Shown here: one piece after another, positions 42,331-55,734 of the stretch
Layout: every line of letters starts with the position of its first letter
How positions within the stretch are numbered: position 1 is the first letter of the stretch
From: the human T2T-CHM13v2.0 reference genome, Homo sapiens
Assembly (NCBI RefSeq): GCF_009914755.1
Contig: NC_060938.1
Direction: 5' to 3' (one strand)
DNA length: 64,000 bases
Made by a program: the position numbers and the translations under genes
Notes under the pieces: model-generated
Database searches by the model: none
What the model saw: the letters and a program-made list of their open reading frames with translations, nothing else
What the model was told of the DNA's origin: nothing

Positions 42331-43771
42331 GAGATGGATGGAGACCTATAAAAAGGCTTACAGAAGTTGGAAAAGCTATAAAGAGCGATTAGGCAATTGG
42401 ATGTTTCCATCATTTTACAGACATCATTTAGAAGGAAGCAAAGGCCATTTGCCCTTAAAAGAGCCAAAGAATCACTGGTATAAGCTGAGTAATTTGGGGG
42501 AGGCAAAGAAGATTCTCAGTGCCTTCCTTTTCTACCTAAAAAAGAAATAATATCGATCAATTTGGGAAGTTGATAAGGCTAGTCAACACAGACGAAATAA
42601 ATGAGAACTTCTCATTCATCATAATGTTATGGAGATTATCAGCATAATGTTACTAAGATTATTTTTAAAAGATAGTTCTTGAAAGTTATGAGAAAGAGGA
42701 CATGATGAGGGAGTATTGCTTACTGGGATAAACCATACACTAGGGACTCAAGCATTAAGAAAAAAATAAAAACAATTGAGAACTACTCTCTTATAAATGT
42801 AAAGGCCCAGTGAATTCATCCACAGAAATGGTGCCGTTGAAACTGGCTAAGCAGACCAAACTGTAGAAGAGGCTATGAGGTTATGGTCAGAAAACAGACA
42901 CTTATTTATTTGTTTTTTTCTCCATGACAGAAGTTAGTGGTAAGTCTTATTTTTATACCCTAATGTATTTTAATAATGCCAGGTGTGATAACCTGCTGAT
43001 TTATTCAATTCATAGACCTAGAGGAATTTTATAGTGACAAAGGGCTGGGAATCATATCCCTTTAATAGCTTAGCAAATCCCTTTAAACAAGATGTACATT
43101 AATAATGAGGTGATGATAAGATCATTTCCTCAGGACCTCCAGAGCTGGTGTGTTGATTAAGGTGGTACAGGATAGCTAAGAGGACTGCAATTACAACTCT
43201 TGCCCAGCCATTAAAGCAGACCATAAAGTGCTGGGCTAGAACATGGCTTTGTCAGGGTTAGCATTTAACTCCTGGTAATAACAAATAGCTGTTCCGATAT
43301 GGAGGAAGGCAGCCATATTTACATAACGAATCAAAGTGTTTGGGTAAGGCGGATATAGCTGCTTAGAGAGAGGGTTGGGCTGGGGCCAAGGACAAATGGC
43401 TTCCTTACACATTAAAAGCATAAAATTTTGCTCTGAGGCATGAGGTTTGTTTTGCTCTAATTTTTGCATTTATAATTTAATATAGCATTGGTTTTCCAGG
43501 CCCCTTTAAAATTCCATTAATTGAACTTGATTGAACTGTTATAAAACTTAGACTGCCTTACAGATGCAAAGGAAAAACATGACAAAATTAGACTAGCAGG
43601 GGCAGAGAAGGGGGAAGATTGGAAAGAGTGGGGTGGGGGTGAGGGCTAATGGGGAGGAAATAATCTCTGCCTACTCTTGGAGGTTACAGTAATCTTTACT
43701 GCATTTCAGGGAGAAAAGGGAAAAAGGGGAACAAAAGAAGAGAGAGGGATCTAATATTCACTAAATGGGTT

Positions 43772-44079
<308 letters not shown>

Positions 44080-45238
44080 CACTGAATGGTTTTTATGACC
44101 CAGATCTAGCATATGTTCATTCATCTAATTCTTTAAGGTGTGTATTATTGTTCCATTTACAAACAAATGAATGGGGGCTCAGATTATTTTCATAACTTGT
44201 TCAAGGTAGTGGCAGGGTCAAAATCTGAAAAAAGTCTTCCCCGTTTTTCCCCACCCTTCCTCCTTTCCTTCTTTCTGCCTTTTTTTCTTCTTATTTTCTT
44301 TTTCTGATGTTTTGGGGGCCCTTTATGAATGACATAGGAATGAGCTTGAATTTCCATGTACGTTATCTGTGACAGATACTGACTTGCTGCATGCGTGCCA
44401 CTTGTTCAGCTGTATCTTGCTGCACTTGCTATCACCAGGGCAAGCAGCATGCTATGCTGGTGGCTGCAGAGTACTCTGGAGGTGCCCAGGCATCTTTCAT
44501 GGTCCCAAGTGATTTTCACACATAAGGCTGCTTTCATGTCATTCCGTACAAGGGCAATATGTGCTCCTATATCTGACAATGACCAGGCTGGGTATTAGGA
44601 CCCATATCTCAGATTGGAAGTTGTGGCTAAACTCTGAGCTTAAGAAGAAGAAGGCAGAAGTGCCAGGCAGAAACAGCTCAGAATTCAGAAGGAGGATGAG
44701 ACCAAAGTCCAGTTTCACAATGAGTCCTGTATAGGAGTGAGGGCTGGAGAGGGAGAGCTGCACCTGTGCCTCACCCCTGACCTATTACATCCCAGTCCTG
44801 GTAGTAGCAAAAGGATTGGAGGTTGGTCATCTAACACAGGGACCTAGGGATGAGGGTGGTCTAGCTGATCTCAGCAAGTGGGGAGGTATTGGAGAATATT
44901 AAGACGTGGGGGTTGGGGAAGGATTAGTCAGAATTCTTATTAAAAATGAATTTTATTAACAAGGCAGATTGAATGGAGAGTAAGGAATTAGGAGGTCCAT
45001 GTTCACTAGCACCTAGGAGAAAGGCCAAGAGTTTTTTGTGTCCCTGAAAGAAGATATCCAGGCTAACCAGGGGTGTGTGTAGCAGTAAGGGGAGAAGAGA
45101 TGGGTTGGTTCACCAGTTTGATGCCAGATGAGTCTTCTCCTTTCTGTTGCTGTATGGTTAGAGCATTATATTCAGGTTCAACAGAGAGGAGGGTGAGAAA
45201 CTTTGACTCTCTGGCCTCTTCTCTCACCAGAGCTCTAA

Positions 45239-45600
45239 CACTGGTACTCAACTGGGGGAGATTTTGTCCTCCAGGTAGGGTTGCCAGATAAAATACAGGA
45301 TGCACAGCTAAATTAGCATTTTAGGTAAACAACAAATAATTTTTACTATAAATGTGTGCCAGATATTGCATGGTACATACTTATACTGAAAAATTATTCA
45401 TTGCTTATCTGAAGTTCAAAATCAACCAGGTGTCTTGTACTTTCGTTTGGTAAATCTGGGAATCCTATATCCAGGGGATGGGCAAGGTCTGGAGACATTT
45501 TTGATGATCATGACTGGGAGGGAGATACTGCTGGCATTTAGTGCATACAGGTCAAGAATGCAGCCCTAAATATCAGCAGTGGTGAGACTGAGAAACCCTG
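45239..45600 (+). mobile_element. MER20 hAT MITE (split by MER53)
   Basis: TGGTACTCAACTGGGGGAGATTTTGTCCTCC..TCTGGAGACATTTTTG..TGAGAAACCCTG. CTCTAA on both flanks. Confidence 0.8.
45276..45467. mobile_element. MER53 palindromic hAT MITE nested in MER20
   Basis: TIRs TAGGGTTGCCAGAT / ATCTGGGAATCCTA. 8-bp TSD CCTCCAGG / TATCCAGG. Confidence 0.85.
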
Positions 45601-45886
45601 CTCTAAGACAACCTGGCAGGCCAGCGTCTTAGTGTGTAGCTCCAAGATCCAAACCCAACCAAAGTAAATTCACCTCTCTAGCATTCTGTGTGCCTGTGTT
45701 TAAGGGGAATTTTTAATTAGTGGCTAAGCACAGTGGGGAGAGAGAATTAGATACCCAAATTATGCTTCTTCCATGATATACTAATTGTGTGGTTTTGCAT
45801 AAGGTACTTAACCTTTCTTTTCCAGAGTTTTCTCACATATCAAATGAATAAAATAATAACACTATCTTACCATTCTTGGGTGTTCC

Positions 45887-46233
45887 TAATATGGTTTGGC
45901 TCTGTGTCCCTATCCAAATCTCATCTCAAATTATAATCCCCATGTGTCAGGGGAGGGATCTGGTGAGAAGTGATTGGATCATGGTGGCGGTTTCCTCCAT
46001 GCTGTTCTCGTGTTAGTGAGTAAGTTCTCATAGGATCTGATGGTTTAAAAGTGTGTGGCTTTCTTTGCTCTCACTCTGTCTCCTGCTTCCATGTAAGACG
46101 TGCCTTGCTTTCCCCTTTGCCTTCCTGAGGCCTCCCCAGCTATGTGAAACTGTAAGTCAATTAAACTTCTTTTCTTTATGAATTACCCAGTCTCAGGTAG
46201 TTCTATATAGCAGTGTGAAAATGGGCTAATACA
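45887..46233 (+). mobile_element. MSTA-like solo LTR nested in a MIR (45720-46345)
   Basis: TAATATGGTTTGGCTCTGTGTCC..CTAATACA. TSD GTTCC/GTGCC. Confidence 0.9.
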
Positions 46234-46446
46234 GTGCCTGTGAAGATTAAATGGGTTATTATATAGAAAGTGTTTATTATATAGAACAGTGTCTGGAACA
46301 CAGAAAACTCTCAATACACATAAGCTGTTGTTACTGTTACTATTGTTACTAATTTAGAAAAGAAAATAAAGAAATCTCTTACTACTTTAAGTATGCTTTG
46401 AATATATATAGTTCATAATTCCCTTCATTTTTATGAGCCACCATTT

Positions 46447-46652
46447 TAAGATTGACAAGTAAAATATAAAATGCTCCATTTAAATTTGAATTTCAGATAA
46501 ACAATGAGAAATATTTTAGTATAAGTATGTCTCAACTAAGTATGCATGAGACATACTTATACTAAATCAATCAATCAATCAATCATTGTTTACCTAAAAT
46601 TCAGAAGTAACTGGGCATCTTGTATTTTTATTTGCTAAATGAAGCAACCCTA
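46447..46652. mobile_element. MER53 palindromic hAT MITE
   Basis: Ends GCAACCCTA, has the central TAGTATAAGTATGT..ACATACTTATACTA palindrome, CCATTT on both flanks, and an internal (TCAA)n run. Confidence 0.85.
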
Positions 46653-46969
46653 CCCATTTTGGAGCAGAGGGGATTTGTGTGTGCCCTTGCCTTTGGTGAG
46701 CATGTCTCAGTGTGGTCATTTCTGGAGTGTGCTTGTAGGTGTGAGCTGAAGAAGCGTAAAGGGCTACTCTTTAAAGACAATGGAGCAGCATAAATTGCGA
46801 AGGTGACATTTGTAATGTTGCTAAATAGCTTCCTGAAACCAAACCCTGGCATTTTATATCACCAGTTAATAAAAAATATGTGGTACTCAAAATAATTAAC
46901 AGGCACACAAAATATTCTAGAAAACTACCTTGTTCTCATATTGTAATGATATTCTTATAATCCAGTACA

Positions 46970-47820
46970 AAGATCAGCAAATGTTTTCTGTAGAGGGCCA
47001 GATAGTAAATATTTTAGACTTTGGGGGGCATGTTTGGTTTCTGTCATATATTCTTCTCCTTCTCCTCTTCTTTTTTTAAACCATCTCTTAAAAATGTGGG
47101 AATGTAAAGTAGTACAACCTCTATGGAAAATGCTATGGAGATTTCTCAAAGAACAAAAAATGGATCTGCCATTCGATTCAGCAATCCTACCACTGGGTAT
47201 CTACCCAAAGGAAAAGAAGTCATTATGTCAAAAAGACACCTGCATGTTTATTGCACCACAACTCACAACTGCAAAGATATGGAATCAACTTAAGTGCCTA
47301 TCAATTGATGTATAGATAAAATAAATGTGACACACACACGCACACACACACACACGCACACACCATGGAATACTACTCAGCCATAAAAACAGCAAAATAA
47401 TGTCTTTTGCAGCAACTTGTGTGGAACTGGAGGCCATTATCCTAAGTGAAGTAACTTAGGGATGAAAAACCAAATACCACATGTTCTCACTTATAAGTTG
47501 GAGCTAAGCTATCGGTGTGCAAAGGCATACAAAGTGGTATAATGGACACTGGAGACTCAGAAAGAGTGAGGGTTGTGGGGCTGACACATGAAAAATTACT
47601 TGTTGGATACAGTGTATACTATTCAGGTGATGGGTACACTAAAAGCCCAGCCTTCACTGTGCAGTTCATCCATGCAACTACAATCTGCTTATACCCCTAA
47701 AGCTATTGAAATTTTTAAAAATTAATTTTAAAAAGGTAAAAATTATTCTTACCTTGTGGGCTGGACAAAAACAAGACAGGGGCTGGATTTCGCTGGTGGA
47801 CTGTGGTTTATGGACCCTCA
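46970..47820 (+). mobile_element. MER58B-like MITE split by an L1PB insertion
   Basis: TCAGCAAATGTTTTCTGTAGAGGGCCAGATAGTAAATATTTTAG on the left; GGGCTGGATTT..GTGGTTTATGGACCC on the right. Confidence 0.75.
47097..47735 (+). mobile_element. 5'-truncated LINE-1 3' end (L1PB-like) with (CA)n at 47329-47362
   Basis: Homologous to 2670-3284. ORF 47034..47315 contains the L1 ORF2 C-terminus ([21 protein letters not shown]). Confidence 0.9.
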
Positions 47821-48170
47821 CCACGTGAGCATTGAGATGATGTAAGGGGCTCTGATGAGGAATATTTATTTGTAATTATCATGTTTCTATTTATGATAGA
47901 AGGAAAGTTAGCATCTGCTTATAATTAATTAGTACTTATTTAGCATTTATCATAAACAAGACACTATTCTATGTTTTGTACATATATTAATGTGCTTAAA
48001 CCGAAACATGGACAGTGTAGGTAGCAAGCTCAAGGCCATAAAAGTTATATAAGGAAGTGGTGAAGCTCAGATTTGAACTCAGGCAGTCAGCTCCAGAGTC
48101 TACAACCTTAGTCATGATGCTACATTTTCTCTTATGAGTGTTGTAACTACTTTAAAAAGTGTATAATCAT

Positions 48171-48262
48171 TAAACATTGAACACAGGTATCAAAATACCA
48201 CATGCCCTCTCAAAATATGTGCAACTACTCTATTTCAATTAAAAAATTTAAAAAGTAAACTA
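48171..48262 (+). mobile_element. Very short L1MA-type 3' end
   Basis: TATCAAAATACCACATG..AAATATGTGCAACTA tail. TSD AAAAAGTGTATAAT (48154-48167) / AAAAAATGTATAAT (48265-48278). Confidence 0.75.
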
Positions 48263-49135
48263 GAAAAAAATGTATAATGCTTTTGCCCCCATCTCTTTTC
48301 ATCTTTCAAGCAGCTCCATATCTCAGATTTCAACTATATATACTCAGATGACATGGTCAAATAAAAAATACTCTTGTTTTACTTTCCCTCAATTTGGAAC
48401 TTAAAGAATTTTCAGGCTGATTGGGATAAATCAAATTAGGTAATGTCAATTGTGGGTAAAGATCACGTACAGGTTTTCTGGCATAAACAGACCATGCAAA
48501 TATATGGATTTTGAGTACCAAGGACTGCAGTGGTCTAGGACTCCCCAGATAACAGAGAAATTTCTATAGCTCAGAGAGCCTAGAAATGAGATTTTCACTG
48601 GGTTTCCTATAGGCAGGAAGAGCTTAATGTTTAAAAGAAAAAGGAACAGCTCTGGCAACCTCTTGCTGACCATATAATATTGTTTGGGGGGTTCCCAGAT
48701 GGTGATGCTTATGACTATTCTCTTACTTTGGCATTTCTAGTGAACCTGGGAATATTGACCAGACTGCGTGGGGCAATTTTCTTATTCTTCACTGACCACA
48801 TCTTGATAGCAGTCTTGGAAAGAATATATCAAGCAGTTTAAAAATCAAAAAAAAATAAATAAGAACATTCCTAGGAGAAATATGAAGATGATCAACCTTT
48901 CCTCTCTCAAGCTCCCCAGACCTTGGGGGCTCTTCTTTTGGTTTATTTTGTTCATATTTGCTGGAGATGTGTTTGAGTTTCACTGCATCTGTCACCTACT
49001 CCAAAACATTTGGGATCCTGATATGCCATTCCGGTAAGATTACAATTCAGTGCAGGACCTCATACCCTTATAGGATGTTTTCTCGCCTCTGGCATATCCT
49101 TAGCTGGGTGCTGGCTTTCCTTGACTGAGCCCAGC

Positions 49136-49272
49136 GTATATTGTATACAGGGATCAAAATATCATATGTACCTCCAAAATATATGCAACTATTATATATC
49201 ATTTTTTTTAAAAAAAGCAAACTAGAAAAAAATGTATAATATTCTTGCCTCCATCTCATTTCATCTTCCAGG
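49136..49272 (+). repeat. Dispersed duplicate of 48171-48310 (L1 tail plus 3' flank)
   Basis: Collinear match including the identical AAACTAGAAAAAAATGTATAAT and downstream CATCTC.TTTCATCTT. Confidence 0.85.
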
Positions 49273-51395
49273 GTCACATTGCAGACCCAGCATTTGTGGA
49301 GGGCAAAGAAGCAACATCTTAATCTCTTCCTCTTGCCAAATCCAGTTTATCTTTTTTCCTTGGCCAGACTCCTCTTTATTTTTTGGCTCTCCCCTATACT
49401 GTTTCCTCTGTGATACTGAGACCCCAGTAGTAGACTTCCTAGATAAATTATCAGCTTGCTATGACATGGTTTTGGACATGTTTATTGAAATAAAACATAA
49501 ATGCAGAGAAGTATAGGTCATAGTAATTTTGAAACATGCTATACGTATCATGAAAGAGTGTCATTAGCCTATTCTTCAACAGATACTGTTTTAGTTTAAC
49601 CTATTTTTATCCATCTCCCCTCCAAGATAATTCTTGTGAACTCAGAAATGTAATATTCTTGGAAATTTTTTGGCCCAATTTTTCTTCAAGTGATAGAATA
49701 TGGTTTCAAAAACTATGTTTTGAGGGATGAAGTTATTGATTGATTCCACAGATCACTTGAGTAATTTAGCTGCATATTTGTCATTATAAAATAATGTCTC
49801 AATCTCTTGGAGGTGCTGGAAGCCCTTAATGTGTCTGTAAGGTGATTATTCTCTCTTGGGTGTGCCTCTGAGTAAAGCTTCCTCCATTTATCCTGTTTTT
49901 CTCCTAGTAGAAGAGTGCTCAACCTTCTGAATACTGTGAGAGAGGGTGTGCATGCATGTGTGCTGTGCGGGGTGATGGTGTTGGTGGGATGAGAGCATAA
50001 TGTAACACCATGGCCCTTCATGTGCTTTCATTTGCCACTGAAAACAAATAAAGGAAACATTAGTATTCATAATTGTTCCACTTGATACAGCAAACTTTTA
50101 TGGAATTGGGAAACTTGATTCAAATGATTGCAATATAATGCTGTTAAGAATTTTAGACAAGAAAATTAAAGCATATGATTCTGGAATGACATAAATATAG
50201 GAGTTTTTTTTTTAACTTATTAATCTATTTTTACTTCTTCTGGTGCAACTCGTCCTCTCGCCATCCACATCATATACCCGTTTTGGTTTCAGAAAAGTAG
50301 ATCTACATGTATACAGCATAATACTTTTCTTTAAGGTCACAACATATCCTGAAAGAAAAGCTAAAGTTTAAATGAAATTACTTTTTTTTTCAATAGATTT
50401 GCTCCAAGATAGTGTGATCCAAATAGTGGATACTCAATAAATAAATGTCGATTTGATATGCAAGAAAAAGCTAAGGTATTTTTCAAATGCATATGCAGAG
50501 TGGACACTTGGCCCCTTAGCCTATACTGTTCATTCAGATAAGGTGTAAATATGGGGTTAGGACAGCAGGAAGTGATTAATTTTCTTAGATATTTAACATG
50601 GTCCTTTGAAGGGGATCAGCTTTTGAATCTTTACGATTATATTTATTGCAATGGTGCTTCCCTTCTATGTTTAGACATGAAAGTGAATGTCACTGTTGAA
50701 CAGTAAACACAGGAGAATGACTATGTGACAGAAGTATGTAAAGTATTTTGTAATTCGGTAGAGAATCAAAGTCAGCTTCAGTTCTTTGCATTCTCAGGGA
50801 TTCAGAAAGGATTAGATAACAATAGTTGGAACCTATGCCAGAGAGTAACTGAAGGATAGCATTCCTTGAACCTCAGAAACCTGGGTGAAAGGAATTGGGC
50901 AATTAAGGTTTTTAGGAAGTCTAATGGGGTCATTTGTGAATGCCATCTTCATGGAACTTGGCAAACTGTCATCTCAGAGATCAAGGGAGGTCACTGATGT
51001 GAGGGTTGGAGGAATGAAAGTGGAGTGACTGTTTCCTGCCAAGTATGTTTAAAGGCTCTTGTCTGAAGGTAGCTACAGGTTTTTTTTTGTTTAATTTGGT
51101 TTTGTTTTCAACAATATCAGGGAGCTAAAGATACATGTCTTTGTAAAGTGAGCTCTCCTGGTTTTCCACCAAAGTTATATTATATCCAAAGAGCCTATAT
51201 TTGTTTTCCCCTTTATCCAATGACTAAACATTTATTAAATATAAATGATGTGTCATGCTGAAGATAAAAGTACAATGTAAAAATTTTTTTTTTACATTAG
51301 CTTAAACTTTCAAATACATTCAGGCTAGTACTGATTCATTAAAAATATGTATGGGGGGATTTCCTGTTACTCTGGGTAGGCATGGAGGAATTTGA

Positions 51396-51810
<415 letters not shown>

Positions 51811-54800
51811 TGAAGAGAAAGGGAAGGAATTAAATGGAAGGAAAGAATATTAAGCAGATGCATGAGAGCTGTTTTCAAACATCTGATGGACTGCCTAGTA
51901 GAAGAAAGAATTAACTTTTTCTTTTCATGCACAACAAATGGATATGCGTTACAGGAAGGTAATTAACTTTATATAGGAAATAGTTTTGAGTTGACCTGGG
52001 AAGGGTCTTCATGCTTTTACAAGTACACAAGGATGAGGTGGACAGCTTGTAACCATTGAAGGCTTATGATAAAATAGCAATGTGTTAATAGTTTTTAGCG
52101 TGCATTTTGCCAAGTTATACAAAGGTTTGGAGCACAGGAGAACTTGTCATAAGGGATGTTGCCTGGCAGCTACTGTAACCCATGTGTGATGTGATAGATG
52201 CTCTCCTAGGATGGTGGAGGTGGGAATGAAGAGGAAGCTTGTATTTGAAAGACATTTTCATGAAACATAAACAAGACTGTGAAAGGCAGATGAACAGAAT
52301 GAATGAGAAGGAGGAATCTAACATAACCCCAGGACCATCATCTGGGTGGTGGGGAGATTGTTGGTATCACTGACAGAGTCAGGAAAGCCATGTGAAGGAG
52401 TCACATTATGGGTATTTTTGAAGAAGAGAAGGAAGAGAAAGGGAGCAAGGGGAGATGCAGACATGCATAAGTTTTCTCATAGGTGTCAACTTGATTTTGG
52501 CCATTACCCAAGTGGACAGACATGGTAGTCAGTCTGAGATTTGGAATTGGCTCAGGTGCAGATTCAGATGTGGAAGAAAGCTCCTGGGGGAAGCTCCCGC
52601 AAAGGATAGGGAAACGGAGGTGAGGAGGGAGCTTGTGTAAACCCCGTTATAACGGGCATTTAGGGTCTTTTGATAGTTTGCAGAAGTTTCTGAATCTGTG
52701 TAGGAGGGGGTTCGTGGCATGGGAGGGTAGAGGGCTACAGGGGTTCTTATTTCTAAATTAGCCTACACTTTCCGACAGGTTCCTCTTTCATTTCAGACAG
52801 AGACTAAAATAATAGCAACTCTTAAAACCTCAGTTTGCTCATCACAATATTCCAATGAGCTATTTTACTTTGGCTTGGGCGTAGCTGAAGAATCATGACT
52901 GTTGTGAATACTTTTACAGAAACTCTTGCTTTTCACTCTTAACAACTCATAAAGAGAAAGCCAAACTTTTTTTTTTTTTAAATACATCTAGCAACAAATG
53001 CCTCTTGCTGGATCATCTGCTTCATAAGGTTATCACCCACCCTGTACATTAACCTCATGATTTCTTAAGAATACAGGAGTGACAGTTCAACAAAGGGTAG
53101 GCTTTTTATTTTGTTGTTTCTATCTATAGAAATTTGAGTACATTATTTTCCAAGTGACCCACAAAAGGATGTCAATGGAACTACATTAAGACAAGTATGG
53201 GGGGACTATAGTATATAGATACCCATTTAATTCCAGTTACTGTAACACCTGACTAAAGCTCTTTTGAAAGAACTTTGAAGATAGAAACAGACTTATCTGT
53301 ACAATACCAACTGCTCCTTTATTAGTATTATTTCAAGTATGTTCACACTGATTCCTTGCATTTTAATGAAGTTACTCTTTTAGGACTGGAAGAGAAGTGT
53401 TGACTAAGTGTTGAACAGTTGAAAGCCATTGTTCGTAATAGAGTTTTACCTTTGGGACTGAAAAGCTCTGTTTTTATAATTCTGAATAATCATCAGGTGA
53501 TTAGTGAAGCTAAACACAACTGATTTACTCCTCAGCTTGGCAGATATAGGCCATGCTGATTGGGTGATGATAAATTTAGAGCAACAGGTACCTCCCTGTC
53601 AATTTAGTATTAATGCTACTTTCAAAAAGCTCCTGTTTTATTCGTAGAAAATACAAACATTGAATTCTGTGGTGGCGAGGTTTCTCAAAAGTTTACTTTG
53701 GCTACTCAAAATATTTATGAATGTGTATAGCCAGCTTTAAACTGTTTTGAAATATAATTCTTATAAGTTATTATAAACAGAAATCTTTGTTTGAGGCATC
53801 ATGCACTTTCAGATTATCATAAACCAAACTGGAGCTGTTTAAAATAAGCATATTATGTTTGCAGCCAGGTATTTTTTTTTTTCATCAAAAAACCCATTCC
53901 TAATTCTTCAGAAGAAGAGAAGTAACAATTATAAACCTCCGGGGCCCTGGTGGTTGAACTATAAAGATAGAGAATGATGGTCTTTTTTTTTTCTTCCCTT
54001 GTTAGTGTTAAAAATATCTGCAAATGGACTTGTTAGTGGTCAAGTAAAAACCATTTGGATGGTAACTTTCATCTATATAACAGGAAATTTCATGGTTCAC
54101 ATCTGTTACCACATATAAGTCTGAATCCAGAGGTGGCCTCAAGTGGTATTTTTGATCTAAGTGCGAACCCAGCTGCAATGTGCTCTAATATTAGCAAAGG
54201 GGACCTGCTTTCCTAAAGGGAGGATGATTTAAGGCTCTATTTCTGTTGTTCAGCAAATGCTGTTAGAAGCAGCAGAAGGTTACCCTTTTCCCATCACCTT
54301 AATTCCAGAGATACTCACAGACCTGACATTAGGCTGTTGGCTACTCGTCATAAGACTTCTCTGTCAAAGTGAATTCAGCTGATGAGCCATGAACACGCTT
54401 ACAGTCAGATAATAGATGAAAGACTCTCAAGATAAACGAGGTGCTTATAAATACTGGCCAAAGTTGTTTAAAAGAGGATGGCAAAGGCCGTTAATTCTCG
54501 TCAGGCAGTTTCAAAAGACAGGGGATACTTGACTTCTTACTGAAGAGCACATTATCTTACCTCTGTGCGAGGGTGGGGCTCGGATGCATGTTGAAAGGGC
54601 GAGAGGCCTTTTAAAACTGATGCTAAACCCCATGTTCTCCCGAAGGGAGGAAGGAGAATTTTTTTTTTCCAAATGTGATAAAGGACTTTGTACCCACCCT
54701 TACAGGCTAACATTTTGACCAGGTTATATCACACAAAATACTCTTGTTTTTCCATGCTTGGTTCTTTCTCTCCCACCCTGAAAGCTCAAATGATATCTGT

Positions 54801-55377
54801 AGAAGATAAACATTGATAATCTTTTCTTTTCAGGAGCTGATCACATCTAAACTCAAATTGAATACTCTTCTTGGTGATCTCTTATTTCTATCTTCACACT
54901 GTAGAATGTGGATTTCAAAATGTAGGTAAAAGCACAGGTTGTCCACAGGTTTTTTTTTCCATTGAAATAGCCAGTATGCCTCAATTTACAAGTAAGTTGC
55001 ATTTGGGGTTGGTATCTGTTAGTATGATTTATTAATAACACAAAAATTTAAAAAATATTTAAACTTAAAAAAATTGCCAATTGGATTGGGATATCTCCTT
55101 TCTCACAAACATAAAAGTTTACCTTTGCTTAGAGTTTGCCAAAAGAAAGAATTTTCATAGCTTTTCTTTTTCCTTTTGATGGGCAATAAATTTAAAGCTC
55201 AGAAGAATGCAGTCAAAACCAAATCTGAAAGATAAAAAGGAAGTGTGTTAAAATACAATTCTCCGAAAAGGAGATCAGAAACCCAGATATTGGGATTCTA
55301 GATAATTCAAAATGCCTCACACAAGTGAGAATCCTCCTGCAGACTCGTCTGCTGCAGCCGATTTCACTGTTGCTTAG

Positions 55378-55600
55378 CCATTCATTCAGCAAACATTTCC
55401 TGAGTGCTTATCTGCATGTAGGTGTTGTGCTGCAAGCCGGAGTTACAAAGAAGACGTGGGCACCACTCTCAAAGAGTTTGCCTTCTAGAGATGGGGGTAG
55501 TTGGCTACCAGTGCTCGGCAGTGTGGACTAGACACACTGGGAAAATGAACAAAGTCCATCAGCTCAGGCTGGGGGAAATCAGGGAAGGCATCCTGCATGA
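55378..55600 (-). mobile_element. LINE-2 3' fragment
   Basis: CATTCATTCAGCAAACATTTCCTGAGTGCTTA. Confidence 0.75.
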
Positions 55601-55734
55601 AACACACCTGCCCTTCTGGAGTCTAGGAGAAAAAGCACAAGAACAAGTTAGCTGTGGAGTTCAGAGAGAGGGAGGCGAGGGGTAGCAGGGGATGGAGGAC
55701 AGGGCCAGCCTCGCCTGCCCATCTGAGCTTTGTA

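Noticed and set aside
51274-51298. AATGTAAAAA..TTTTTACATT inverted repeat
   Set aside because: Only 10 bp and mostly A/T homopolymer; expected by chance.
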